A stretch of DNA of 64,000 nt from Takakia lepidozioides (GCA_030704615.1 CM060731.1:79856001-79920000); one strand, 5' to 3'; shown: positions 26,550-38,423, counted from the stretch's first letter. The notes: generated by a model not told the origin, from the sequence alone. Numbers and translations are program-made.

Positions 26550-26742
26550 ATGGCAGCAGCGCAATTGATAGAACAAGGCCCACTGCTAATGAAGGTACCT
26601 TCTTCAACATATTTCACCCTGAATTCCCCTGCTATCAGAGTCGTCCCTAAGTATCCAAAAACAGGTAATAGATATAAGAAGAAGCTGTGGGATGAATACT
26701 TTTCTGACCCCTGTAAGTGGTGGGACAACCGAGGCAAAAAGG
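26550..26742 (+). pseudogene. OSB-type (organellar ssDNA-binding) PDF/WWDNR motif exon; related copies at ~24395-24645 and ~27715-28060
   Basis: LWDEYFSDPCKWWDNRGKK|GT, FYDPS*WWDNRNRK|GT and LWNEYFSDPSQWWDNRGK; also DYRHKAT..VWVHGLSNPPWV and WINSYKKPAWV. Confidence 0.75.
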
Positions 26743-27094
26743 TGAATGCCTGTCATATTACAGAGTGTAACAGATGCAATTGACCATAGGAACTAGTGTG
26801 ATAAGTTGAGTTGGGTGCAATTGCACTCTCCATTTCCTCTCTGCTTCTGTTTGCTATTCAAAGGTAGGATTCCTGCCCTTAGTTTAAATTTCAGTCTGGT
26901 GTCGAGAGTGGGTAGACCCTTGAGGTCATCCATGATGTCCTCCCCCATGTCACAGACTGGAAACAAGTCCAGGGAAGTTTACTGCCTAACTTCATTTTCA
27001 TCAGACAATTTTCTGGAAACGGACATGGCTTTGGACACTACAGCCTCTAAGTCAGTAGGGTTGGGGCATTTGCTGGAACAATTCTAAAAGGAGA

Positions 27095-27720
27095 ATGTTT
27101 GTCAGATTACCAGATGTCATTCTGAACACTGCCCCTGCCCTGGTGGACATGTATGCCAAATGTGGGTGCATCGAGGATGCCAAGGGAGTGTTCAACACTA
27201 TGGCTGAACGAGATGTGGTGTCGTGGAGTGCGATGCTTGCGGGGTATGCACAGCAGGGGTGCGGGATGGAGGCTCCAACCTATGAGCAAATGATGGGGGA
27301 AGAGGTGAAGCCAGCCGACATAAGGTTTGTGTGTGTTTGCAGTGTGTCTGGCAGCCCTGGAAAAGGGCAAAGAGATCCCTGGTGACATGATCAAATCTGC
27401 AATTGTTCCAGATGTCATCCTGAACACTGCTCTGGTGGCCATATATGCCAAATATGGTAGCATTGAGGATGCCAAGGGAGTGTTCAACACTATGGCTGAA
27501 TGAGATGTGGTGTTGTGGAATGTGATCTTTGCAGGGTGTACAGAGCAGGGGCGCTGTATGGGGCTTTAGAGACCTGAAAGCAAATGATGGGGGAAGGGGT
27601 GAAGTTCGACCATATCATGTTTGTGTGCGTTTGCAGTGCGTGTGCAAGCCTGACAGCCCTGGAAAAGGGCATCGGAGGTGCATGGTTGCATCACCAAAGC
27701 TGGAAATGTACCAGATGGAT
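27095..27720 (+). pseudogene. Second, more ancestral-looking PLS-class PPR fragment
   Basis: ALVDMYAKCGCIEDAKGVFNTMAERDVVSWSAMLAGYAQQG and FVCVCSACASLTALEKG, with frameshifts. Confidence 0.88.
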
Positions 27721-28948
27721 CAATAGCTACAAGAAACCTGCATGGGTAGATGGTGACTGGTCAACTAGAAGCCGCAGCAGCAGCGGCACAATGATAAACT
27801 CAGGCACTGGTAATGAAAGCACCTTCTTCAACACATTTCACCCTGTTTTTCCCTCTTATCAGAATCGGCCCTAAATTTTCATGTTGAATTCTGCAAGTTA
27901 GCTGGTTGAGTGAGCCTTTGATAGTTTGGAGCGACTTTGACATGGTACTGCCAATGTGACAACAGGGAAGTATCCAAAAACAGGTAACAGCTGAGATGAG
28001 GAGAAGCTGTGGAATGAATACTTTTCTGACCCTAGTCAATGGTGGGACAACCGAGGTAAAAACTTAATGAACTTAAGGCATGAGTGGCTGATTGTTTCAT
28101 TTCGAACCTGATATGCTTTGAGCCTGGTTCTGGAGATTTATCTCCAGACCTGCAATCTGCTTTTGTGATGAGTTTACAATCTGCATATATGGTGGTAAAT
28201 GTTATATATCAAACCAAGGTTCTTTCCTAAATGTGAATGACCTGGAAACCTTGTTAGAAAGATGAATGGCTTACGGATTGGACTATGTATGGCTTGACCC
28301 ATGGATTAAATTTCAAAGGGTTAGACATGTGTTAGGGTTTGAATACTGAATGGATGTGGGACATTGCTAGGGCGCCAGAGCATGACATTCCATGCATTCA
28401 CGCCATTGGATGCCACCTTTTTTTGGCACGTTGGACCAAGGTTTGTATGCGTTCACGAACTGCCGACCTTGCTCGTTGCGCGGTTGACCTTATTTTCCAT
28501 AATTGCTAACTTTGTGGGGTGGAGGGGCTTGTGTTAGGCTGCAACTGGAGGCACCTCTCCATGCAACAGTTTTCGTGCTAGAGGTGAGCATGCATGCACC
28601 TGTTGGCTATCAGTTCTGTACAATGTGGCCATTTACATGTTGGGTACTTCAAACTATTAGTAGATGCATTGCTAAATGTAACTGCTAAGGGGTGTTGGGC
28701 GTGATGTTTGCAGGCTGAGAAAGGCACTCTTGATATTGCCACCGACAGTGCACCAACTACGGCGCCTTCAAAGGCAACCCCAAAATATCAACCCCCTGCC
28801 ACAGTGGCATATATTCTTATGCTACCAAAAGTACTCTGAACTTTGAGTGATTGCTTATACTGGACGGTCCTCATTATCTAGTTTTCAATGTACATGTAAG
28901 TCTTCATGGGTTGATTAATGTGGGTTTTATGGTGGGTGTTGTGTGCAG

Positions 28949-29218
28949 TTTAAGTTGAAGGACAAAATCAGCCTGTATGATCCTCATTTACCACGACACA
29001 GGGCTGCTAGTGGAATTGTCACTGGTGTGCCTGACAAAGACACATATCACTGCCGTGTTATACCTGAAGGATTGTGGCGGGTTGAGGTGAATGATATCTA
29101 TATTGTCAATTGTGTCTTGCCTCACCCTAATGAGGAAGAGGTCCCACCACAAACAATGTTGGAGGATGTCGTCGGTCTGAATTGTCTTTGGCCAGAGAAG
29201 AACATGAAGAGGGCTTAG
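28949..29218 (+). CDS. CACTA TnpA/ORF2 C-terminal exon (Tnp1/En/Spm-like domain)
   Basis: Follows the acceptor GTGCAG. AASGIVT..YHCRVIPEGLWRVEVNDI..LPHP..TMLEDVVGLNCLWP fits the A.G....H..L...V.V...LP.P...L.DA.G...WP pattern. Confidence 0.7.
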   Translation, partial: FKLKDKISLYDPHLPRHRAASGIVTGVPDKDTYHCRVIPEGLWRVEVNDIYIVNCVLPHPNEEEVPPQTMLEDVVGLNCLWPEKNMKRA

Positions 29219-31082
29219 ATTTCGTTCGCCCGGGCATAGACATTGCTGGCAGTGAGAAGAAGGCAGGAAAGCAGTTCAGTGTTCCTAGCATGCATGTGGA
29301 GACGCCGTGTAGAAGTTAGGCTCAGACCTTTATCATGGCTGGATTTGACAGTGCTCCAACACTTAACTCTCTGGGATTCTAGTCTATTTTGTGGAGCTTG
29401 AATCCCCAATGGTACTTCTTTCACTACACTAGTGGTATGTGTTCATCTAGTCATGTTCATAATCACTTGCACATCACTATAATAGTGGTATAATTTAAAA
29501 CTGTGGGAGTAGCCAAATGCACACAATTGCCTACATTACCACTCGTATAGTGGTATAAGTAGTCACATATATATTACTCTACTAGTGGTATGAATTCCTC
29601 CAGTGGTATTCCTAATCACTCTCACACCACTCTGTTAGTAATCACTCCAATCCATAGTTCCCACTCAGAGAGACACCATGAATGACTCAAATAGCTTACA
29701 CACCACTCTGTGGGTAATCATTCCAATGACCTGCTGAGAGACGTCCTCCACTCACATAACCATTCTGTGAGTGATATTGTATATTCTCCGTTTTCATAGA
29801 ATGACTCTATGAGTCATTTTGTGATCACTCAACAAGTGGTTTCGGAAGTCATTGAATTTCACTCCATCCATTTTGTAGCACTGACACACGACACGTGTCC
29901 ATGCTAAGAGTATCGCCACGTGTCGACATAATCTCCAATATCATCCACGGACCACCGGCTTACACGTCTCCACTACAAAACGGAAGTGGTTACTTTACCA
30001 CTATGACACGTCAGTTTACCACTGTGACACGTCATAAGTGGTTGGTTTACCTCAGTGACACGTCATTGACATGTCACAGTGGTTAATTTACCACTGTGAC
30101 ACGTCAGCTAACAGGTGGACCCGGACGTGAGTGGTTCGAACCACTGTCCTTAACCACCGGTGCCACGTAATGTCTTTTACCACTCACTTGTCCTAATGCA
30201 CTAGTTCTTCATCACTCTGAGGCCAGAGTGGTTTAGTGTCTTTTACCACTCAAAATGAGTGGTTAACAGAGTGGTTATTCCGCGTTTTTCTTCTAGTGTG
30301 ATAGGGGGCCGGTGCGCCACCCACACTGGCGGATGGCGAGGACGAGGGGGGCATATTTTTGTCGTTTATCTAGAATGGAGGGGCTGGGTATCGATCATTA
30401 CATCATGTGAATTCAACGAAGTGAATAGTTAATTTTGGGGAAGGGGAGTAGGTAGGGGGGCATTGATGGGTAAGCCTTGGACAAGTAGGATATCCGGGCA
30501 GAGCCGAGAGGGACATGTACAGGGTGAGTGATGACAAGTACACGGAAGTATCCAGTGAGGGACAATGTGGTCAGGGGGTCGGCCTTAGTAGGTACCAGCA
30601 TTGATGAGTGAGAACCATCTGGTTTCTGATCTGGACATGAGAAGTTTATGGATGTACCAAACTGCATGATTATGGCGAGTGACGCGGAGACCATGTATAA
30701 CAGGGTGAGTACACTGACTAAGGAGGTGGGGCTATGTGTCACGTATTGTATGTGTATGTGAGCATAATGGGCAGTTGGGGGATGAGAATAGGCGTGGCCA
30801 AAAGATGTGCTTGCGTTGGTGTCCCATGTATTGGGCGTAACGAAATTTGAGTGTTTGTCGGATTTGTGCGTTGGTAACAGTCTTGGTGTGCCAGAAGTAA
30901 TTTGACAATTTGTGATGAAGAATTGTAGATTGTGTCCATTTGTGGATATGGGCTTTGGTATGTCTGATAGAGGTTGAGGCTTGTTTGTGTGCTTCGCGTG
31001 TAAGAGTGGATTTTAGGTTACATATAGGCTTGGTAGTAGGGGGTCCTGGTACTGGGTGAATTAGCCAGAATGGGTGAGTGTG

Positions 31083-32015
31083 GGGTAATAGGACCCAAAA
31101 AGGATGTCACAAACTGTTGTCCAACACATATGGCGCAATCGATCCAAATTTAGGATATTGAGTTCAGTATGAAACCACAGACACATTATATCATTGAAAA
31201 GCCCTTGAAGTTCTTGTCATGCACATATATATATATTTTTATGATTTGACAAGTTTAAGGGGTCCTAAAGGAGTCTTGAATAACACAAGGTTCAAATGTC
31301 CCAAAATGTTGTAGTCCTTTATGACTCATTTTCACACCCTTAACATGTGAAGGTCCTATCAGGGATTTTCATGTGCTTATGTAAGGTATGAAAAAATGCA
31401 AAAAGGACAATAGACCTGCAAAACCAGAAAAACCCATTATCATAGGAATTTTCTACTACGCGGTATGCATACTTAGGGGCACCAAACTTTGGTACTACTA
31501 AACCTCAAAATTTGAACATAGTTCTTTCACCAAAAGTATTTAGCTACTGAAAATGAAGAAGGTCATGTCCTTGAAATGACTACAATGTCCTCCAATTTTG
31601 AATTTGAGGCCAAAATGAGTTCTTATAAATAATGTATCATTCATTGCAAATTGTTTTAAAATTAAAAATATATCAAATAAACTCCTAAAAATTATACGAG
31701 CATCTGTAGCACTGAAGTAGACATCAAATACACCAAACCCGGCTTGGATGCGATGAGGGGAAAACAAATGGTGGCAAATGGAAGTCGAGTTAGTATCGTA
31801 AACTCAAAATTAGTGGTGTACGAGCAAAATTGGAGGTGTACAAGAGGGTGTACGAGCATCCGATGGATGGGGTTGAGGTGCCCACTATCATCTGTCAATT
31901 TCATCACGTTTTCATCGCAACATGTTATGTCCACACGCCGCGGTGTAACGCGCCAGTAGTCAAAATTTAGTCCTTTTCAGGAGTATCAGTGGTACGCATT
32001 AGCATGCTTTCACCC
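31083..32015. mobile_element. 933-bp non-autonomous DNA element (possibly Sola2-like) inserted in the Dualen LINE
   Basis: 4-bp TSD TGTG, termini GGGTAATAG / CTTTCACCC, AT-rich noncoding interior. Removal restores the frame IHIAH|THPFWL. Confidence 0.72.
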
Positions 32016-34399
32016 TGTGAGCAATATGGATAGGGTCGGCCGTGGGATCCAGTGGGGGTTGGGCGGCCCCTGCCTGGGCGAGGAGGTCTGCGTTTTCGTT
32101 ACCAGTGATACCAGTATGGGAGCGAACTTTGAGAAAGTGTATAGGGTGATTAATGGAAGCCGCTTGGTGAATGATAGCTGCAATGAGGTTCCGGTCTGGG
32201 TGGTGAAGGTGGCAGAAGGGGCTGGAGAGATGGTTGCGAAGAAGAAATAGTGACGACGACTAACGATGGGGCAACTCTTGCACCCGGCCTCTTGATCTAT
32301 CGAGTTTGAGTGTAGGGGGTAATGAAGACTTTCATCCCCCATGTGCATATGAGTAAGTGGTGTAAGGTAGAGGGGAGGGTAATGGGCGTGGAGGTGGGAT
32401 GGGTGTGTTGGACAAGTAGCAGTGACGTAGTGGTGGGTTCTAGGCATCGGAGGTATTTAGGGGAGGGGAGGTTGTGTTCGTATAGTAGCTGGTTTGGTTC
32501 AAAGGTGGCTAGAAGGGTGACACCATGGAAGAGTTGTAAAAGGGGGTGGGGGGTTGTCTGGAGGCCTTTGCTGTGTAAGTAGGAGAATAGTACAGGCAGA
32601 GGGGGAGGAGTGGGCAGTAAAGCCCATTGGAGGGCTTCTTGTATGTGGGAGTCAGGAGGGTGAGCAAAGCCGCGACCGGACCACCTGTGCTGGGTGGCAA
32701 GACCAGTGGCACCAAAGATGCAATCTCTATGGTGTGGGCTAACATATGAGGTAAGTTCCATGGGGCACGTGAGTGGGCTAGAGTAGTAGGAGTGGGTAAG
32801 CTGGAAGGAGGAGATTAGGAGGCTAGACAGTTCTCTAGGGATAGTACTATGAGTGTGTGCTTGTGTTAGTTTGGATTGGACGCGGGGTTTTTTGGAGGGG
32901 ATGTCCTTAAGGTAGCGGTCTAATAGCCAACAGATTTCAGTAGCGAAAATATTGTCTGGGTGGCAGTATCTGATATGCCTGTGGGTTAGGAGTAGAGTAT
33001 TTATGCTAGAGCCACGCTAGCCGATCATTGGGGATGAGGCCAATGTATCGGCCGTTTTCAGCACAGACTTTTGACCGATGCGGGCCCTGACAAATTAAGG
33101 GGGAGTCGTGGGCAATGTCTTTATCAGGGTTACATTTGATAGTGTTGACGTGAATGTGAGGAATGACGAGCGGGTAGGGAATGTTGTGGGCATCTGTGAG
33201 TTGTGCTTGAGAGACATGTTGCTGGTGAATGTGTGTCAGGTAGTTAATGTTGGTGCGTTTACGGAAAGGCGAGGCTGTGGATGGGGTCACAGTCGTTGTG
33301 TGAACCAAAGAGGTCGTCCTCAATTTGCCAAGTGTTGTCATTTGAGGAAAAACCGGCCCATTTGCATAGGTAGTACCTATCCACCATCCAGACATGTAGC
33401 GCCAAACGCGTCAGTTGATGTCTAGGTTCTAACCCCGAGAATCTTCAATAATGAAGGCGGTGGAGTTGTTAGGATCGACACTATAAGTGGGAGAACACGG
33501 CGGGGGGGAGGGGGGGATTATGTCTACCTCGGTGCTGTAAGAAATAAGGGAGAGGATGGGGGAGGGCTATGGTTATGGTATGAATAGTTCATGGGCTATT
33601 TGCATAAAAGGGTAATGCTAACATAAAAAGCAAGGTATAAAAAAGGTATGTCAATCCTAAATCCTAAATAGCAAAAAAAAAGGCTGAAAGTACACCCTAT
33701 GAGATTTGGAAAGAAAATGACATTATATAACGACTTTGGGAAGTGCCTAGTTCTCATGGGAGAAAATGGATCCAAAGAAAACATGAGAGAGGATAAAAAG
33801 ACAGACCACCAAATAAAAACTATGAGAAATGAAAATTGCCTAAAATTTGAACAACAGAAGAAAACATGTGAAACAATGAAAGAAAATCAGAGCCAAAGAT
33901 GAGAAGTATGAAAATGAAATGAAATGAAAATTTGGTGCAGAAAAGTCGTAGAGCTTACAGGGAAAATAGAGGAAAACCTCAGAGAAAAAACTTCACGACT
34001 GGCAAATTGAAAAGTATGTCAAGAATGATTGGGTAAGGGTCCTCCTAGTGGGAGGCTTCAGTGGGAGACTTGGTTCTGCGAAAAGCAAGTGCAATCATTG
34101 AGAGATGGACTGGAAATCACCTAATTTTTTCCGATGTTAAAAACCACTTTGACCGAATTTGAAGACTCCAGTGGTCGTGCCCGCCGTTTTTTGTTCTTCT
34201 GAACTGTATGTTATGTAGGCCAGACTCCCCCACAGGGTTTTTCATCGTTGAATAGAAAGTACAGCAGGCCAGAATACTGGGTGAATAACAAACAGACAAT
34301 CAAATTTAGTTCCATATTTTGGTGGGTATACGTAGCAGGCCAGCTCAGGAAGGACTAGTATCCTGCAGGGGCTCAAGGGTCATAGCCAATGTGGCCAGG

Positions 34400-36553
34400 G
34401 TATAGGCACACCAGAAACAAAAGTCGAGAACGTCCACTGGACATTCGAGGTTCAGTGCGACATAAGAAGATAACAAAAAGGAGCCGTCTTTGGACTGCAA
34501 CTCGTTCGGAAGACTCATTTTCTGACTGACGATTGGCCTCCTCCAAATTTGCGCGCGCCTTCACTGCTTCCGCGGCTGTAATTCTCTTAGTGCTATTCTT
34601 TGTCGTATTTTTTCGTGGCAGCATGGTCCACACAATATTGTTCACGTGGATCCATTGAGCAGGATCTGACGAGTTATACTCCCAAAGTTTTGACCAACAG
34701 TCCTTGTACCTTTCCAAGTCTGTTGGGTTACCTCATTTTCTCAGTCTCCACCACTCCACCTTCACCTTCTTAAAATTAGGATTCTCCCTTTCTCGGATCA
34801 CGTCAGATATTGCCACCCCCATCCAGACAGGGCACGTCGTTGGGTCACGAGGGCGAACGAGCACAAAAAACCCTTTCTAAATATCCTTGAACGGATTCAA
34901 GGGTATCCTTGTTGTTCACGTGGATCCATTGAGCAGGATCTGACGAGTTATACTCCCAAAGTTTTGACCAACAGTCCTTGTACCTTTCCAAGTCTGTTGG
35001 GTTACCTCATTTTCTCAGTCTCCACCACTCCACCTTCACCTTCTTAAAATTGGGATTCTCCCTTTCTCGGATCACGTCAGATATTGCCACCCCCATCCAG
35101 ACAGGGCACGTCGTTGGGTCACGAGGGCGAACGAGCACAAAAAACCCCTTCTAAATATCCTTGAACGGATTCAAGGGTATCCTTGTTGTTCACGTGGATC
35201 CATTGAGCAGGATCTGACGAGTTATACTCCCAAAGTTTTGACCAACAGTCCTTGTACCTTTCCAAGTCTGTTGAGTTACCTCCTTTTCTCAGTCTCCACC
35301 ACTCCACCTTCACCTTCTTAAAATTAGGATTCTCCCTTTCTCGGATCACGTCAGATATTGCCACCCCCATCCAGACAGGGCACGTCGTTGGGTCACGAGG
35401 GCAAACGAGCACAAAAAACCCCTTCTAAATATCCTTGAACGGATTCAAGGGTATCCTTGTTGTTCACGTGGATTCATTGAGCAGGATCTGACGAGTTATA
35501 CTCCCAAAGTTTTGACCAACAGTCCTTGTACCTTTCCAAGTCTGTTGGGTTACCTCATTTTCTCAGTCTCCACCACTCCACCTTCACCTTCTTAAAATTA
35601 GGATTCTCCCTTTCTCGGATCACGTCAGATATTGCCACCCCCATCCAGACAGGGCATGTCGTTGGGTCACGAGGGCAAACGAGCACAAAAAACCCTTTCT
35701 AAATATCCTTGAACGGATTCAAGGGTATCCTTGGACGCTCACACCTCGGGCCACAGTAAGGTTCTGGGATTTCATCCTCTTCTTCATATCTGACACTATC
35801 TTGGCTGGATTCCATCTCTGCGATGATTCGTGGACCAATTGGTTTTCGGCCAGAATCCCTCTAGCAGATGAGTACGCTCGGGAGTTTCTAGAATTGGCTT
35901 ATCCAGCTCGGTGAGATTGTTTCCCCAACACTGGTCATATTGTTCCATTAGACCTCTGTAATGATCGTCAAGCATCATTTCTTTCGTCCAAAAATCCCTG
36001 TATTTTTTTATTCTATTCTTGATGAATGACTATTTTTCGGAGGAGTCGTCCCCGACTCCCCATATCGGTCTTCTCGAAACGGCGTCTGGGTCTCCTTCAG
36101 GGAGCTTTGGAGTCCCGTCAGGATTGGACTTCCACATCTTCACGCTATTGTTTGTTGGAAGCCAATCCGAATCAGTAGCTGACTTCTTGTACTTCATGAC
36201 GGGCCAACCCTCCGCATCCTTAAAAAATCGGAACACATGCATCTCCGAAATCCCGACCAACGCCTCATTTCCATCCAGAATACAACCTTTTACAAAATTC
36301 TTGAAGTCGAGAACCTCCTGAATAATCTGTGGAATGAACTACAGATCTTGCGAGGTCATGAATGACCTCATCAAATCCGAAAGAATGTAGGTGCTTCGTT
36401 CCTTTAGCTTCTTCGAGAGGTAGCTGAAGAAGCCGTCGATGTCCTCATGGGTGTGTCCGACCATTAGAAACCCTAGTTGGATCTCTTCAAAAACATTTTT
36501 GGCGGTCAAGAGGGATAGAAAAGCAAGCATCCATCTGTTCTTATTGTCATTCG
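34400..36553 (-). pseudogene. Sola2-like (DUF7869-type) transposase, C-terminal part; a short upstream piece lies on the + strand at 37322-37410
   Basis: NDNKNRWMLAFLSLL..GFLMVGHTHEDIDGFFS and HVFRFFKDAEGWPVMKYK; RRLYLQMDGS on the opposite strand. Confidence 0.8.
34638..35733 (-). repeat. Four tandem copies of a 274-bp segment of the transposase C-terminus
   Basis: TTGTTCACGTGG recurs at 34638, 34912, 35186 and 35460; copies are nearly identical. Confidence 0.95.
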
Positions 36554-38021
36554 TCTGCTCACTGCTCATGGATTTTCAGCCCCCGTTTTAGAAGAACATC
36601 CACTGCCAAGTTGACGTTCACGAAAAAAATGGGAGGATGTAATGAATTGCACCATGATTTGAGGTCAGATATGTAAAACTTTTTGCACAAAATGGTTGCC
36701 ATATCAGATGACATACAAAACCAAACATAGAACAATCATGGCATGTGATGAAGAGGATGACATGAAAGAATGCGTCCGCATACATTGATGATAAACATTT
36801 ATATTTTATTAGAGATTGCAACTTTGGCGTTGCAATCAGATATAATGTAATGTCAACTGTACATCCGTTCACATTGGACTTAATATTATCCATCGGCTCG
36901 AAGCCATACAACGGCTTACACTAACCCATTAATATTACAGAGCCTCCTCCCAAACGGCTCGCAGTCAAGGCATGTGTTCGAAGATGCCTCCGGTTACCAC
37001 AACCACTTGCAACGGTCTCCGCACCAGAGGAAACGGAAATACTTTCAGAGAAATCAAACCTAGTAACATTATCATCCGAAATGTTACTTGGAACTCTACT
37101 TGTTGAATCTCTTGATGCCCTTGACGCCTGCCGGGAAGCCCGCCATTCTTGCCAATCACGAAGTTCTTCTTCTTCTTTTCGAATTCGCTCCTTGAATGTG
37201 ACTGGGCAAAACAATTTTTCATATGACAAATATCAGCTGAAATGTGGAAGATTTATAGAAAAAATGATAAAGGTAAAAGTGCAAGTGATTTTTCAAATCA
37301 CTCTTAAGAGGTAAATCGTGTTTGGATGCTCTTAAACCCTGTAGGCCGGAAGACAAACGGGGTGCTTGTCCACTTCCGAGAAGACTCTACTTGCAAATGG
37401 ACGGTTCGGTTTATAGAATATTCTCATTTTGGATTCCAAATGAGATTTTTACTAAATTTATACTACATATAACCCCTCAAATATTGAAGGTTCGGCACCG
37501 AACACCATTTCATACACTAAAAACAAACATTTAAGGAAAAAAAAAAAAAAAAACGTTTTTAGAAAACGTAGGTGCCGGCACTGTTCGCCGAACAGTGCCA
37601 TAGGTTCGAAAGTGGTCAGAACTGGTTCGGCATAGGCTCGACACATGATCGAAAGAATATTCCTCGACAGAATATTCCTCCACATAGGCTCGGCACTGGT
37701 TCAAAAGAATATTCTTTGAATATTTGATATATTCCATGAATATTCCCTTAAGTTCGGCACTGTTCGGCAAAACCTGCTCGCTGCTCATGGAGTTCTGCTC
37801 ATGGAGTTCTGCTCATGGAAAACTCAACCTCTTCTAAAACCCCAATACATACTTATATTGTCTCCAGAAAATGTTTGGAGGATTATTGTTCATGGTTATA
37901 TTGTACATAAAATAGCCAAATAATCATATATATAGCTTTATTTCAATAATAAATTATATTTATTCATATTTCTCATATTATTTCTGGACCAAACAAAAGT
38001 CCAGAATTAGTTAAAATAGTG

Positions 38022-38423
38022 TTAACTTCTCAATGACTTGAAGGGTCATATCTGCACCCGCCTCCCTGAAACTAGGGTCAATTGGATCAATGGGAAGTCA
38101 CCAGGTGAGGCAGATGCTCCTGAAATCAGCTGGCCCCATCAAAAACTGCGCATCTCCAAGGCCAAGGCACAGCTCCACTTCGGCAGGAAGTAGCTTGCTT
38201 TTATTTAGCTCTATCCTTGCTCTTCTCGCACCACCTCCCACCCCCCGCTCTGGCCTACGGGCTTAGTTTTTTCCATCCCTCCTTCTCACCTGTCACTAGG
38301 TGTTCCCGTGCGTTAAGCTTTATTGCCCCGCGGAGGTTATTTTTCCTCCTCCTGTTTTTCTTGTGCATTTTTTTCCAGGGCCACTGTCCCTGTTCTCTCA
38401 AAAAAAAGAAAAAGAAGAAAAAA
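38022..38423 (+). mobile_element. L1 LINE 3' end, right part, with poly(A)
   Basis: KGHICTRLPETRVNW..GRK*, then a T-rich UTR and CAGGGCCACTGTCCCTGTTCTCTC followed by an A-rich tail. Confidence 0.7.

Larger units (their letters stand above)
22205..30298. mobile_element. Non-autonomous CACTA (En/Spm) element with captured gene fragments (Pack-CACTA)
   Basis: 29-bp TIRs CACTAGAAGAAAAA(T/C)G(T/C)GGAATAACCACT, 3-bp TSD TGA, and dense subterminal ACCACT/AGTGGT motifs at both ends. Excision restores the Dualen frame WRTGPLS|VITVG. Confidence 0.95.
21828..33564 (-). mobile_element. 5'-truncated Dualen/RandI-type non-LTR retrotransposon (chromodomain, PCIF1-like segment, RNase H, zinc knuckle, restriction-like endonuclease), degenerate and twice interrupted
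   Basis: 11-bp TSD GGCTATGGTTA (21817-21827, 33565-33575) and (TC)n 3' tail. Motifs YLCKWAGFSSNDNTW (~33330-33380), HSYYSSPLTCP..SPHHRDCIFGATG (~32700-32800), KVRSHTGITGNENADLLA (~32080-32135), CPLC..DT*PHLLSQC..TRHNHAV..PDILL (30480-30780) and VITVGTRGGIH..NKRQLE (22040-22200). Confidence 0.85.
18603..38021. mobile_element. Large TIR element (possibly piggyBac-like) with nested insertions
   Basis: Inverted repeats CACTATTTTAA(T/C)TAATTCTGGA(T/C)TTTTG at 18603 and ending 38021. Flanks are CTAA and TTAA. Removing the element rejoins an L1 ORF2 C-terminus. Confidence 0.7.
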
